Positions 14,669 to 30,219 of a stretch of DNA of 64,000 bases are shown here, piece by piece. Made by a program: the position numbers and the translations under genes. The notes beneath the pieces are model-generated. The model ran no database searches and was not told where the DNA came from. It worked only from the letters and a program-made list of their open reading frames with translations. Source of the stretch: Eledone cirrhosa (taxonomy: Eukaryota); the NCBI GenBank assembly GCA_964016885.1, contig OZ024742.1, positions 126,604,001 to 126,668,000 of the forward strand. Reading direction: 5' to 3'. The stretch's first letter is position 1. Every line of letters begins with the position of its first letter.

Positions 14669-15756
14669 TGATAGGGGAGAGAGGAGAAAGGAGGTAGCAT
14701 TACTTAATTTGTCATTGAAATGCAACTGTAGGCTGGATAGTGATGACAAAAGATAACATTTGCGGGGAGAATGAGATAAAGAAAAAATAAGGCTAAAGTT
14801 TAAAGAAAAATCCCACCCTCTAAATGACACCCTTTTTCTTCTAAATACCTGAGACAAAATATCTGGCACTAAATTTAGGTCTTCAATATTAAATGGATAC
14901 AGCATGGCCAGAGTTCATTTAGTAGTCATTAGGTCCAGGGTTCAATCCCACTCTGTCATTTTCTATAGACTCTGGTCGGCCCATGCCTTGTAATTTTAAA
15001 TGGCTCGACAGAAACTGTTTGGAAGCTCGTCGGATTGACTATACTTGTAATTCAGGGTCAGCCTAGTTACACATTATCATGCTGAAACTCCATAAAAATT
15101 ACGTTAAGGGTACACTTATTTGTGCAATGATTGGCCACTTGTACGTTAATTTCATGAGCAGACTGTTTCCGTTGATCGAAAAACCTGAACACATATCGTC
15201 GAAACCGACGGGGATCCATTTCATTTCATGCTAAATAAATAAAACGAGGCAATTGATAGCTTTTATTCACCGTTTTAATCATATTCTAACAGGAAAATAG
15301 AGAAAAGTACATTCAATCAGTTTTTTAATCTATTCTATATTATAGATCGGCCACCATATTTGATTATCTTGATTATTCAATAATATTGAATACACTGTGG
15401 ATTATATATATATATAAAAGCGCATTAACTTTTAAAGCTAGATCCATAGTAAGTAAGTGTTGTTTTCAAGTCTTATAGACAAGTTATATAGTATATATTA
15501 TTGTAGGACGAGCGGTGTATTTGATTGTCGCTGTCAATGAATTGGTTTCAGAATTGATTATGACTAAAAGCTTCGTAGTCTGTACAACAGCCATTAAAGC
15601 CAGGTATAGACTATGTATGAAGGCCATCGTAGTCCAACATTATTGCAGAACCTAAATAAATGTAGTTGGCATGAAACATTTTTAGCACAGGAGCCACATT
15701 GCAAAAGTAATAAATAAATGAATAAAAAATAGATATATAAATAAAAAATAAAAGAA

Positions 15757-16052
15757 TTGAGTGATCACAGCTCCGATATTACGGGTATGGGGTTAGAAAG
15801 AATCGTTGGACAGATTTTACAGGCAAAACCAGCTGGCAGGAGACCTAGGGATAGACTCCGGGCAAGATGGTTGGATAACATCCATGAGCTCAGATGGTCT
15901 CCCTTGAAGATCCAGCCGGATCGATTGGAAACGGTTGCTTCCACAAGACCTGCTGGAAAGAGTGTTTGAGGACTCTAATCCTAGGACCGTCACAGGAAGA
16001 AGAAGAAGAAGAAGAAGAAGAAGAAGAAGAAGAAGAAGAAAAAGGAGAAAAA

Positions 16053-16083
<31 letters not shown>

Positions 16084-16125
16084 AAGAAGAAGAAGAAGAA
16101 GAAGAAGAAGAAGAAGAAGAAGAAA
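15757..16125 (+). mobile_element. 5'-truncated RTE-type LINE 3' fragment with (GAA)n tail
   Basis: Translation ..ILQAKPAGRRPRDRLRARWLDNI.. matches the GxRxRGRPRxRWxD C-terminal motif of RTE-group ORFs; followed directly by (GAA)n. Confidence 0.65.
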
Positions 16126-17829
16126 GAATTGAAGTATAAATATAATCCTTTCTGCCTCTCATACTACGATTTGTAATGAATCTCAATTGGTTTCGTCGAT
16201 GAATGTTCTAGATGTTCGACCAACGGAACAGCCTACACGTGAAATTAACGTGTAAATGGCTGAGCACTCCATAGACACGTGTACTCTTAACGTAATTCTC
16301 AAAGAGATTCAGCGTGACACTGTTTATATATTTTGCTATCATCAATCATATCATACGTCCACTGTAACTCTCTGTATGAGTCCAAGGATTTTAGCTAAGT
16401 TCACTCACACTAAAGTTCTACCCAACCAAGCCGGTTGTATTTTGTTGTTGTTTAGCCCCCAAGTCAACTCTGATGCAGAAAACCAATAATCAACTACATT
16501 CCAGTCTTAATTTGTATATTTATGTCTGTATTTTCAAAGCAGTAAGGAAGTTGTGATTTAAGTGAAGTTTAACTACTTTTTCTAGCAGGTCGAATAATCA
16601 CACGGAATCTCTCTCTTAATGGTTTACGATGCTCCCTCAATATTTAGCACACTAGTTTCTATTTGTTAGTTGTCATGAGAGACTGACATTTGTTTTTGAT
16701 TTATTAAATACAAACCTTGTCTCTCTTTTCTCTCTCTCCCCTTTCCTTCCATTGCCCCTCTCTTGCCATCTCTTGCTCTCTTCTAGAATAACCAACATCT
16801 TTATCCCGCCCCACTTTCATCGTCTTCAGTGATGGCGGTTCTGAGAATTTCCTTTCGACAAGAGAAGATGAGAACATGTTTTACAGACGAAATAGAAGAA
16901 GGAACACAAATAATGAGAAGACAGCGATATTTCTGAGAAACTTCGAGAACGAGTGCCGACGTTCTTGCAACTCAATAGCACGATATCCACATCTACCAAC
17001 CTACCAATCTATCTACCTACCCCTTCTTTAGGAAAGGGGTACATATATCTTTCTCATGTTGGGAAATGGAGACATTTTGACACTTTTTGTTTTTTTTTGT
17101 CGCTGGATTGAAACAAATCCTACAACAGATGTGGGTCATGTATGTGTGTGTATTTGGTATCTAGTGTATGTATGTGTGTGTTTAGTATATGGTGTGTAAG
17201 TGATGTATTGTGTGTTTATTTGCGGATGCGTGAGGGGGTGGAGAGAACGACAATATTAATTCTTTACGGTAGATAACATTTGAGCAATTAGAATTGATCT
17301 AAATCTTATATAACTGAGGAGTTACCCGACTCTTTTTCGACACCTCGCTTCCTTCCATATTATTATTATTATTATTATTATTATTTTTTTTTTTTTTGTC
17401 AATCATAGAATCACAAGAACTAATGAATGATCATTTATTGTTTCGTGTCATGACAGCTCTAATGAAGCAAATTTGGCCTGGGCCAATACTGGCCAAAACC
17501 TATCAAAGTTATCAAAGTTACTGTGGTTACCCCCGATTGAACCCTGGATACACACAAACACACACACACACCCACCCCCACACCCCCACATACCCCACCC
17601 CCCACACACACGCACACACACACATATATATATATAGTGTCCAAGGGAAAGGCAGATGCAGCTTGGCTCAAGAGACGTTGTAACTCATTTCCATAACTAA
17701 ATGAATTGGAGCAATGTGAAATAATGTGTCATGTTCAAGGACACAACACACCGCCAGTTTCGAGAACGGAACACAGAACCTCACGTTTGTAAGTTCAACG
17801 CTCTAACCACTAAGCTGTGCGCCTTCCAA

Positions 17830-18765
17830 TAATTGTTTCTATTATACTTTAGGTACGAGGCCAGCAATTTGAAGGGGGGGGGGGAGTCGATTAAATCGAC
17901 GCCAGTGCATTACTGGTGTTTTATTTATCTACCCCGTAAGGATGCAAGGCAAAGCTAACCTCAGCGGGATTTGAACTCAGAACGTAAAGGACCGTAACTC
18001 TATGCCACGAAGCAGAGTGTCCGACGATCTACCGATACTGCCAACCCGCCGTCCTTGCGCATTCCAATGATAGTAATACTTATAATAATATGGGTGGTGG
18101 ATTAGCAGTAACAGTAGAACGTTGGACAATATACTTTGCAGCATTTTACATTCTCAGTTCAAATCGCGCCAATGTTAGCTTTACGTTTCATCCTTAGGAA
18201 GTCGATTTAATCGAGTTCCCCCCTTCCTGTCAAGTTGCTGGCCTTGTGCTAAAAGTAGAAACAATTATTATTAACAGTATCGGTAGTGGGTCGGGCACTA
18301 TGCTTTGCAGCATAGAGTAAGCCCCTTTACGGTCTGAGTTCAAATCCCGCCGAGGTTAACTTTGCCTTTCATCCTTACGGGGTCGATAAAATAAAGTACC
18401 AGTAATACACTGAGATCATTGCTGGCCTTGTGCGAAAAGTAGAAACCATTATTATTATTCTGTCTCTATCTGTAGTTGTCTCTGTGGCTGAGCGGTAGGT
18501 ACTAGAGACGGTGGAGATCCTGGCCTTGGGGTCAATCCTGGTCAAGAGGTACATGTAACCTTTTTAGGGCGGTGGATTGGCAGTATTGGTAGAGGGTCGG
18601 ACGTCATGCTTTCCAGCATAGTTACGTCCCTTTACGGTCTGAGTTCAAATCCCGTTGAGGTTAACTTTGCCTTTCATCCTTGCGGAGTCGATAAAATAAA
18701 GTACAAGTAATGCACTGGAATAATTGCTGGCCTTGTGCCTAAAGTAGAAACAATTATTATTATTC
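17830..18765. mobile_element. Cluster of four main-family SINEs (17830-18052 minus; ~18092-18272, ~18274-18458, ~18568-18763 plus)
   Basis: Each has box A/B and/or the gcctttcatccttacggggtcgataaaataaagtaccag core and the ccttgtg..agaaac(att)n tail. Confidence 0.85.
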
Positions 18766-19073
18766 TGTCTCTATCTAATGTAGTAGGTGTGAATATGTAG
18801 TTGAGAGTAAAGAAAAACAAAGACCACCAACATGTTCTATTGTAGTTAAGATTAATGTAGAGTCAGAACTTGTTATAGCTCTAGTTTCCTTACAACCAAA
18901 CCACTACTGGTTGTTGCTAATGGATACTATTGAATAAATTAGTGACGTCAACAATTCAATAATAATAATGATAATCACGAAAAGGGAAAGATCAAAAATA
19001 TGCATAATTTAACGGACTACTTTGTATGCATATATATATATATATATATGTGCATATATATATATATATGTGC

Positions 19074-19104
<31 letters not shown>

Positions 19105-19247
19105 CACATATATATATATATATATATACACATATATATATATATACACACATATATATATATATATACACATATATATATATACATACACATATATATA
19201 TATACACACACATATATATATATACACACACATATATATATATATAT

Positions 19248-19332
<85 letters not shown>

Positions 19333-19365
19333 TATATATATATATATATACACATATATATATAT

Positions 19366-19406
<41 letters not shown>

Positions 19407-19408
19407 TA

Positions 19409-19442
<34 letters not shown>

Positions 19443-19452
19443 CACACACATA

Positions 19453-19539
<87 letters not shown>

Positions 19540-19587
19540 GCACATATATATATATATATGTGTGTATATATATATATGTGCATATAC

Positions 19588-19633
<46 letters not shown>

Positions 19634-19811
19634 GCATACATGTGTGAGTGTGTGTGCGTGTGTGTGTGTGTGTGTTGCATAGTTTGCAGGAATAAGAAAT
19701 GAGAAAGTAAGAAAGAGGAAAGAAAAAAGTAGGAGTAAAAAAAAGATAGAGACATGAAGAAGGAGAGAGTGAGAGAGTGAGAGAGACAGTGAGATATATA
19801 TATATAGAGAG

Positions 19812-19869
<58 letters not shown>

Positions 19870-20215
19870 GAGAGCAGAGATGAAATCCATTGGAGGAGAA
19901 GAGTAACTAGGGAAAACGAGAAAATGTGTTGCCGTGGTTACATAGGGAATGCTGCATGTTTTATTAATAATCAAAACTAATAAATATAGAACATAAATGC
20001 AGAGCAGAGGGAAAGAGAGAGAGAGAGAGAAAGACAGATAGAGTGAGTGAGAGAGAGAGAGAGGGGGGATTAGTTAGATAAATATAGATATAGAGAGACA
20101 TGAAGTGAGTAAGGATAATCATGGGACAAGTTATTGTCATTTACGCATTGACCAGAGATAGCTAGACAATGAGACAAACACACGCACACGCACACATAAG
20201 CACCACATATGTATG

Positions 20216-20264
<49 letters not shown>

Positions 20265-20442
20265 CATAAATATGTGTGTGCATTTGTATATATCATATAT
20301 ACATAGATATTCATTTATTATGTGATGTTCCTTTGAGTGGGCAGGTGAAACTCGAGAGTAGTAAGGCTCACTACTTAGCCATAATAAATGAATATTTAAA
20401 TTCGGTATTGAGAACTAATGCCCACGTCCGCCAATAACACGG

Positions 20443-20482
<40 letters not shown>

Positions 20483-20569
20483 ATAATAATAAATTTGAAG
20501 ACTAAATCCAAAGAGGGCTCGATAAGGATAAATATATATCAAATATATAAGAACCGTAGAGCTATTTTA

Positions 20570-20642
<73 letters not shown>

Positions 20643-20887
20643 ATTGAGTTAGAAACTAAAAAAATAGTCTCTTACAATTAAATAGCTCCAAGAAAGAAGT
20701 TTTTCTGAGGCGTGTAATATAATTGAATATACAAGAGAGATAAACACAAATACCTGTGTTCGAATTATAAAGGATCAAGTTCACTAGGGTGAAAAAAATA
20801 CTAAATACTAAGCCATGTGCGTTATTTCATATTCGCATACTATTCAGTCTTCTGATATACTTAGAAGTGGAAGTATTACTAATTTTT

Positions 20888-20965
20888 ACACCCACTGAAG
20901 AGCAGAAAATTGGTGATTCCTTCGCTTAATAATTTGCGAAACAGCTCCCAAAACTGTCTGGGTGT
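20888..20965 (+). ncRNA. Type I hammerhead ribozyme motif, canonical GUC site
   Basis: ACACCCA CUGAAGA GCAG..UUGC GAAA CAG cucccaaaa CUG UC/ UGGGUGU; all three stems pair; lies inside an insert with ~90-bp inverted arms (20716-20805 / 21051-21147). Confidence 0.9.
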
Positions 20966-21998
20966 TTCAGGCAGTTGCCCAATATATGTTTGTTCTTCTT
21001 TTTCTTGATTTATTACTTTAAATTGAGTCTGGCAAACCATATTGTTATAGTTAGTATTTTTTTCACCCTAGTGAACCTGGTCCTTTACAATTCGAAAACA
21101 TGTATGTTTATATTTGTGTTTATCTCTCTTGTATATTCAATTATATATTTTAGGCTACGGCCAGCCACACGAACCTGTAATAGATCCTGAACAAGCAATG
21201 CCTGTGCTTTGAAGGTTTTTTAAGTGGGGAAAGGCCTTGCACTTATATATATATATACAACTAAACAGAGAGTGAATGAGTGAGAGAGAGAATAAACGAG
21301 AAGAGTGAGTGAGTAAAGTGCATGAAAAAAACCCAGAAGCTACATGGGAATTAAATTCGTGACACTAAAATGGTAAGAAATTCTTTCATAACTATTTCGC
21401 TGATGAAGATATATTTATATAGAAACATGTCCACAGTTGTCTCCCTGTACAACAATATTAGTAAATGATTAATTATTGTTCATTCTTTATCGCATAATTA
21501 ATTATAATTTGCAATTTAATGAATACTGCGTTAAATGTGATAACACTAACTTCAATATAGATTATTTCCAAAGGATATATTTTAATAGTAGTGATGGTTA
21601 CTAGCATTAAACGGAACAGGAAAAATTCTCAGCATAATTTACTACATGTAGTACATATCTCCATACTAGATATGTGTCCTGTAGGCAGAACATGTAAATC
21701 ATGCCCGCCAATAGGGTGTGCGGTACTTCAAAATATTTTGGGTCAGCACTTTAATTCCCTAGGGAATTTTTTGACAAAATTCATTAGTTTTTTTTTCTTT
21801 AGATTGCCACAGAAAAAAGGCTACATAAAACCATATACACTCACACATACACACACATTATTGAGATTCTTTGCCCGATGGCTAAGCTCATACCCTTACG
21901 ATAGAAAACCAAATTATAACAACTACGCTCTACATTACTTGCGTATAGAGTACACATTTGAACAATTGTCTTACTGGTCTTAACTAGTAACAGCACAC

Positions 21999-22030
<32 letters not shown>

Positions 22031-22046
22031 ATATAGGGAGACAAAG

Positions 22047-22121
<75 letters not shown>

Positions 22122-22482
22122 ATACAGAAATTATGAAATTTTATTTGCGAAGAGGAGGGATTATAAAATTCCTTTCTTTACAAATTCCAAACCCACAGAA
22201 ATGATAGACCTCCCTTGTCTATGGTAATAATGTATATAGAAATAAAAATAGTTAAAAACAAAAGGTTTTTATATTAAAAATATATCATTTTTTTTTACAT
22301 TTGTGACCAAACAATCACAGTTATAATATTATCTTCATTATCAACAATATTCATGAAGTATAGGATGGTGATGATAATGATGATGCGGAGGAGAATTTTA
22401 GAGTAATAAAGACAGACTTTAAAATAGAATGGGATACAATACAATGCCACCAATAAGATGAGATGAAAGTACACACGCACAC

Positions 22483-22600
<118 letters not shown>

Positions 22601-22999
22601 AGTGTGTGATTAACACATGGTATAAAATAGTAATTAAAACATAAGATGACCGAATCGACAGAGGGTCAGGAAAAATACCTTAGGGTATATGTTTATGTCC
22701 CCAATACATTAGCGCATGGCCTAGTGGTAAGGGTGTTGGACTTACGATCATAATGTCGGGTGCTCGGTTCCTGGATTGGGTTGCGTGTTGTGTTCTTGAG
22801 AAAAACTCTTCATTACAGGTTGCTCCAGTATAGTCAGCTGAAAATGAGTATCAGCAAGGGGGAGTCTTGTACTCTCACACTACGGAGATCGGGCTAAGCA
22901 CCGGTTTGATGAGCTTTCGGGCTCGAGACCCACTCCAACTATTAAAGTGTGAGTTCAGATTTCACCCAGAACGACTTTGCATGTATGGGTTCGTACCTT

Positions 23000-23135
23000 A
23001 TGATGGAAAGGTAGGGGCACCGTGTTGACCCACGACGTGTCTTCGGCAATTTAAACTTGGCAGAGCCCATCCCCTCTCCAGGTCTAAACAGAGAGAGAGA
23101 GAATGGAAGATCGATAGAGAGAGAGAGAATGAAAG

Positions 23136-23170
<35 letters not shown>

Positions 23171-23330
23171 GAATCGAACATAATATTTTACTGGTACTTA
23201 TTTTTATCGATCTCGAAAGGGTGAAAACGATGTTAACCTCGGCGGGACTTGAACTCAGAGAGAGCATAGAGCCGGAACGAATACCGCAAAACATTCTATC
23301 CGACGTTCTAACGAGTCTTCCGATACGACA
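23000..23330 (-). mobile_element. SINE variant with internal GA tract (same subfamily as 620-905)
   Basis: Shared tail and core; internal (GA)n. Confidence 0.7.
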
Positions 23331-24334
23331 CTACTTTTACCCTTGCGAACTCGTTAAAATATAGTAATAGTTATTTACTATAATGTTGAAGGTACTGCCC
23401 TAGCATGGCCACGGCCACAGCGCTATGACAGAAACAAATAGAAGAATGTTTTTCGTATGGTTTATTAGTATGAGTCATATATTTTTCCTTTTTCTGAAAT
23501 AAAATTTTAAAATAATTTTGAAAAAATTGAGGCCAAAAACGAAATCAACTGAAAGAACAGCAGATTGGAAATGTCATGGAATGAGTGAAGGGACATATGT
23601 ACGTATGTGCATATATATATGGGTATGTGCATATATATATGGATGTGTGTGCGAGTGTATGTGTGTATGTCTATATCTGTATATGTATATGTGTATGAAT
23701 TTGTATGTGTAAGTGTGCATGTGTATATATATATATATGTATGTGTATGTATATAAGTGTGTATATGTATATATGTGTGTGTATATGTATATATGTGTGT
23801 GTGTATGTATATATGTGTGTGTGTATGTATATATGTGTGTGTATATGTATATATGTGTGTGTATATGTATATATGTGTGTGTGTATGTATATATATATGT
23901 GTGTGTGTGTGTGTATGTATATATGTGTGTATATGTATATATGCGTGCATGAGTATATGTGTGAATGCTTATGTATGCGTGCATTTGATAATGTGTATGT
24001 GTGTGGGGGGGGGGGAGTAAGCAGGTTTGTTGCGGGTGTGAGACAAAGAGGAGAGAAGGAATGTGAGGGGGCCGAGATGGAGAGAAAGCATGAGATGAAA
24101 CATAAAATAAAAACAAAAGAGGTGAAGGTGAAAGAATGGAAAAGAGAGACACAGAAATGTCAGGCTTGATATAACCTCTAAAAAGTGTGCTAAATATTCA
24201 CGTGGTTTCAGTAATAATATCGGGGGGGGGGGGGGGGGGAAGAAGGTGGGAGCGAAAATTTAGCTAGCTTAATGGATTGATCGATAGGGCGATGCACTGA
24301 AACAGGTAGATATTCACATACTTAGAGAAATATA

Positions 24335-24584
24335 TGTTTCTACTTTAGGCACAAGGCCAGCAATTACCCAGTTCATTACTGGTACTTTATTTTATCGACC
24401 CCGTAAGGATGAAAGGCAAAGTCAACATCGGCGGGATTTGAACTCAGATCGTAAAGGGACGTAACTATGCTGGAAAGCATGGCGTCCGACCCTCTACCGA
24501 TACTGCCAATCCACCCATACTTAGAGAAATATAGAAAGACAGACAGGCAGGAAGACAGATATAGATAGATTGACAGATAGCTTA

Positions 24585-24648
<64 letters not shown>

Positions 24649-25024
24649 GTATAAATATAGGGAGACAAAGAAAGAGAGAGAGAGAGAGAGAGGTAGATGG
24701 AGAAAGATAGATGAAGAGAGAGAGAGAGAGAGTTTATACAGAAATTAGGAAATTTTATTACGAAGAGGAGGGATTATAAAATTCTTTTCTTTACAAATTC
24801 CAAAACCACAGAAATGATAGACCTCTCTTGTCTATGGTAATAATTGTTTCTACTTTAGGCACAAGGCCAGCAATTACTCAGTGCATTACTGGTACTTTAT
24901 TTTATCGACCCCGTAAGGATGAAAGGCAAAGTCAACCTCGGTGGGATTTGAACTCAGATCGTAAAGGGACGTAACTATGCTGGAAAGCATGGCGTCTGAC
25001 CCTTTACCGATACTGCCAATCCAA

Positions 25025-25073
<49 letters not shown>

Positions 25074-25490
25074 GTTTCTACTTTTGGCACAAGGCCAGCA
25101 ATTACCCAGTACATTACTGGTACTTTATTTTATCGACCCCGTAAGGATGAAAGGCAAAGTTAACCTCGGCGGGATTTGAACTCAGAACGTAAAGGGACGT
25201 AACTATGCTGGAAAGCATGTCAAACCCTCTACCGATACTGCCAATTCACCGCCCTGGTGAATATATATATAGTGAGAGAGATTGATACAAAGAGAGTGAG
25301 AGAGATATAACAAGGAAGATATATATAGAGAGAGGAAGTGACAAAGTGATATTGAGGAAGAATCGACTCCAGTACTAGACTGGTACTTTTTTATCGACCT
25401 CGAAAGGATGAAAGGCAATGTTGAATTCAGTAGAATTTGAACATAGAGAGCAGAGAGCCGGAACGAATGTCACAAAGCATTCTATTCGGT
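24335..25490 (-). mobile_element. Cluster of four minus-strand SINEs (24335-24515, 24843-25023, 25072-25253, ~25350-25490)
   Basis: The first three are near-identical; the first is flanked by an 18-bp direct repeat catacttagagaaatata (24317-24334 / 24516-24533). Confidence 0.85.
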
Positions 25491-25499
25491 GCCCCATAC

Positions 25500-26400
25500 A
25501 TAAATAGAAGCCAGCTATTTAACAAGGTAGACATTCAAATCCTTAAACCCCAAAGGTGCAGTCGAAAATGTCGATTATGCCACACTTCAATGGAAGATAT
25601 TACTCACGTGATCAGTAGCTACCTCAAAATGTCATCAAGGTGCAACCTTCCAATGTATACCAAACAACTATGTATATGTTGCAAAAAGATTTAAAAAAAA
25701 CACATGTATAGTTACAGATATCGGCTGCTCTGCAGATGTGAACATTTCCTTCCGAACCAGTGAGAAAGAAAATATTTATGAACTAATTTGAAACTTTCAG
25801 TTTCTCTCATTTTCCAAAGATTATAAATTCACATTTATACTGATAATTGTTGCTGCGCTTGGCTACGTTAGTAAATGTCTTAGTGGTAATCTCAAGAAGC
25901 TGGGTTTCCAGGCAAAGGAACTGACAAGCTAATACGCATTTTGCATATACAATCTACAAATGAAACAGTAAACATATGCGAGACTGTTCAGAAATTTAAC
26001 CTGTAACTCTTCACCGTTGATGTTATCTAAATTGCATCGAGGAAGCTTTGTTTCTTGTAAGAAACTCGTTCCTTCTTTAGAGGATGGATTGAAATAACTA
26101 ATAAGAAAAAATAGAGAGATAACACATACAAGCATACACACATACGTATATGTACATATACATGCATACATACATACTTGGACGCACATATGCGTACACC
26201 CATACTCAAACACATACCTCCATAAATGTACATATATGCAGATACAGATACATGTTTCGGACAGCAAAATAAAACGAGGCCTGTGATGAACGTCAGCTGT
26301 CCTCTTGAAGTCATTATGGTAAGAAGAAGCCTGCAGGCGAAAGAAGACATTTACGGACCGGTGTTGAGGAACCTGCAATTTCAGTGTTGAAAACATATAT
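25500..26400 (+). pseudogene. Decayed R4/Dong-like non-LTR retrotransposon 3' fragments (CCHC + RLE endonuclease region)
   Basis: KCRLCHTSMEDITHVISS; DIGCSADVNISFRTSEKENIY; IIVAALGYVSKCLSGNLKKLGF (with frameshifts/stops); second fragment VSCPLE..KEDIYGPVLRNLQ at ~26290-26380; homologous to 40140-40510. Confidence 0.7.
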
Positions 26401-26454
26401 TCAGTCTTGTAACTTGAAAAAAAAAAAAAACAGAATATGTGCCAGCTCACATGT

Positions 26455-26715
26455 ATCAATGACTAAACTTGGAATAACAGAATATCTATTAATCAATCAG
26501 TATCAAACTATGACTAAGCTTGGAATAATAGAATATGAACTAACTAACCTGGATCAAAGTATGACTAAATTTGGAATAACAGAATATGCACTAACTAACC
26601 TGGATCAAAGTATGACTAAACTTGGAATAACAGAATATGCACTAATCTGGACCAAAGTATGACTAAACTTGGAATATTAGAATATGTATTAACCCAACTG
26701 GATCAAAGTATGACT
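26455..26715. repeat. Tandem repeat, ~51-bp unit x5
   Basis: aaagtatgactaaacttggaataacagaatatgcactaactaacctggatc repeated without unique spacers. Confidence 0.9.
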
Positions 26716-26967
26716 TAAATTTTAAAAAAAAAAAACGCAGACCCATAATTTATACACAACGGATAATCGCCATATCTGGGACAAAAAAAAAAATCCCACA
26801 ACAAAAAACATTTAAAGGAACTTCTTAAAAAGTAAAGAGTGAATTGGTTACACAAAGGATTTTTCTTTAGAACCCTGCTAATGAGAAGGTGGACGATCAA
26901 ATGCATATTAAAAATACCAATGGAGAAAAAGACAATATCTATCATTCCAGCCATCCATCCATCCGTC

Positions 26968-29725
26968 CATACATACCTATATATATGACATACATACATA
27001 CTTATATATATGACATACATACATACTTATATATATGACATACATACATACTTATATATATGACATACATACATACTTATATATATGACATACATACATA
27101 CTTATATATATGACATACATACTTATATATATGACATACATACATACTTATATATATGACATACATACATACCTATATATATGACATACATACATACTTA
27201 TATATATGACATACATACATACTTATATATATGACATACATACATACTTATATATATGACATACACACATACTTATATATATGACATACATACATACTTA
27301 TATATATGACATACATACTTATATATATGACATACATACATACTTATATATATGACATACATACATACTTATATATATGACATACATACTTATATATATG
27401 ACATACATACATACTTATATATATGACATACATACATACTTATATATATGACATACATACATACTTATATATATGACATACATACTTATATATATGACAT
27501 ACATACATACTTATATATATGACATACATACTTATATATATGACATACATACTTATATATATGACATACATACTTATATATATGACATACATACTTATAT
27601 ATATGACATACATACATACTTATATATATGACATACATACATACTTATATATATGACATACATACATACTTATATATATATGACACACAAACATACCTAT
27701 ATATATGACATACATACATACTTATATATATGACATACATACTTATATATATGACATACATACATACTTATATATGACATACATACATACCTATATATAT
27801 GACATACAAACATACCTATATATATGACATACATACATACTTATATATATGACATACATACATACTTATATATATGACATACATACATACTTATATATAT
27901 GACATACATACATACTTATATATATGACATACATACATACTTATATATATGACATACATACATACTTATATATATGACATACATACTTATATATATGACA
28001 TACATACTTATATATATGACATACATACATACTTATATATATGACATACATACTTATATATATGACATACATACATACTTATATATATGACATACACACA
28101 TACTTATATATATGACATACATACATACTTATATATATGACATACATACTTATATATATATGACATACATACATACTTATATATATGACATACATACATA
28201 CTTATATATATGACATACATACATACTTATATATATGACATACATACTTATATATATGACATACATACATACTTATATATATGACATACATACTTATATA
28301 TATGACATACATACTTATATATATGACATACATACTTATATATATGACATACATACTTATATATATGACATACATACTTATATATATGACATACATACAT
28401 ACTTATATATATGACATACATACATACTTATATATATATGACACACAAACATACCTATATATATGACATACATACATACTTATATATATGACATACATAC
28501 TTATATATATGACATACATACATACTTATATATGACATACATACATACCTATATATATGACATACAAACATACCTATATATATGACATACATACATACTT
28601 ATATATATGACATAGATACATACTTATATATATGACATACATACATCCTTATATATGACATACAGACATACTTATATATATGACATACATACCTATATAT
28701 ATGACATACATACATACTTATATATATGACATACATACATACTTATATATATGACATACATACATACTTATATATATGACATACATACTTATATATATGA
28801 CATACATACATACTTATATATATGACATACATACATACCTATATATATGACATACATACATACTTATATATATGACATACATACATACTTATATATATGA
28901 CATACATACTTATATATATGACATACATACATACTTATATATATGACATACATACATACTTATATATATGACATACATACATACTTATATATATGACATA
29001 CATACTTATATATATGACATACATACTTATATATATGACATACATACATACCTATATATATGACATACATACATACCTATATATATGACATACATACATA
29101 CCTATATATATGACATACATACATACTTATATATATGACATACATACTTATATATATATGACATACATACATACTTATATATATGACATACAAACATACC
29201 TATATATATAACATACATACATACTTATATATATGACATACATACTTATATATATGACATACATACTTATATATATATGACATACATACATACTTATATA
29301 TATGACATACATACATACTTATATATATGACATACATACATACTTATATATATGACATACATACATACTTATATATATGACATACATACTTATATGACAT
29401 ACATACATACTTATATATATGACATACATACATACTTATATATATGGCATACATACATACTTATATATCTATGACATACATACCTATATATATGACATAT
29501 ATACATACTTATATATATGACACACATACATACTTATATATATGACATACATACATACTTATATATATGACATACATACATACTTATATATATGACATAC
29601 ATACATACTTATATATATGACATACATACATACTTATATATATGACATACATACATACTTATATATATGACATACATACATACTTATATATATGACATAC
29701 ATACTTATATATATGACATACACAC
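26968..29725. repeat. Minisatellite of 24/20-bp units (gacatacatacatacttatatatat), ~2.75 kb
   Basis: More than 100 near-identical units. Confidence 0.95.
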
Positions 29726-29986
29726 ATACACACATACACACATACATACTTATATATATAGAGATACACATATAGAAGAGCGTGAGATAGAAAAGATACA
29801 CAGACATACACACATGTAGAAAGGGGAAGACAACGATAAGAAAGAGAGAAGAAACAGAGAGGGAAGAGGGAAAGATGTCATAATAACTACAATGAGTGCG
29901 TGCATGTAAGAATGTGTATGAGCGTGTGTGTATGTGTGCGTGTATGTATGTTTGAGAGAGAGGGGGAAGAGAGGGGGGAAGAGAGG

Positions 29987-30068
<82 letters not shown>

Positions 30069-30219
30069 GAGAGGAAAAGAAGCAGTTTAAAGTTGTGAAC
30101 AAGTGACTGGTAATTATTTTAAACAATTAAATGAAATAAAAATATTTCCACTCGTTTAAAACAATCATCTCCATTGTTTTAAAATACGAAAGAATTTTCC
30201 ATGATAATGCATGCATATT

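Noticed and set aside
16805-16835. CUGAAGA..GAAA on the minus strand
   Set aside because: No stem II or III and no UH site, so a chance match
18568-18660. tRNA genes at box A/B sites
   Set aside because: Extended box spacing, no cloverleaf, always followed by the SINE core
26455-26715. CRISPR-like periodicity
   Set aside because: Whole ~51-bp units repeat with no unique spacers; eukaryotic context; no cas genes
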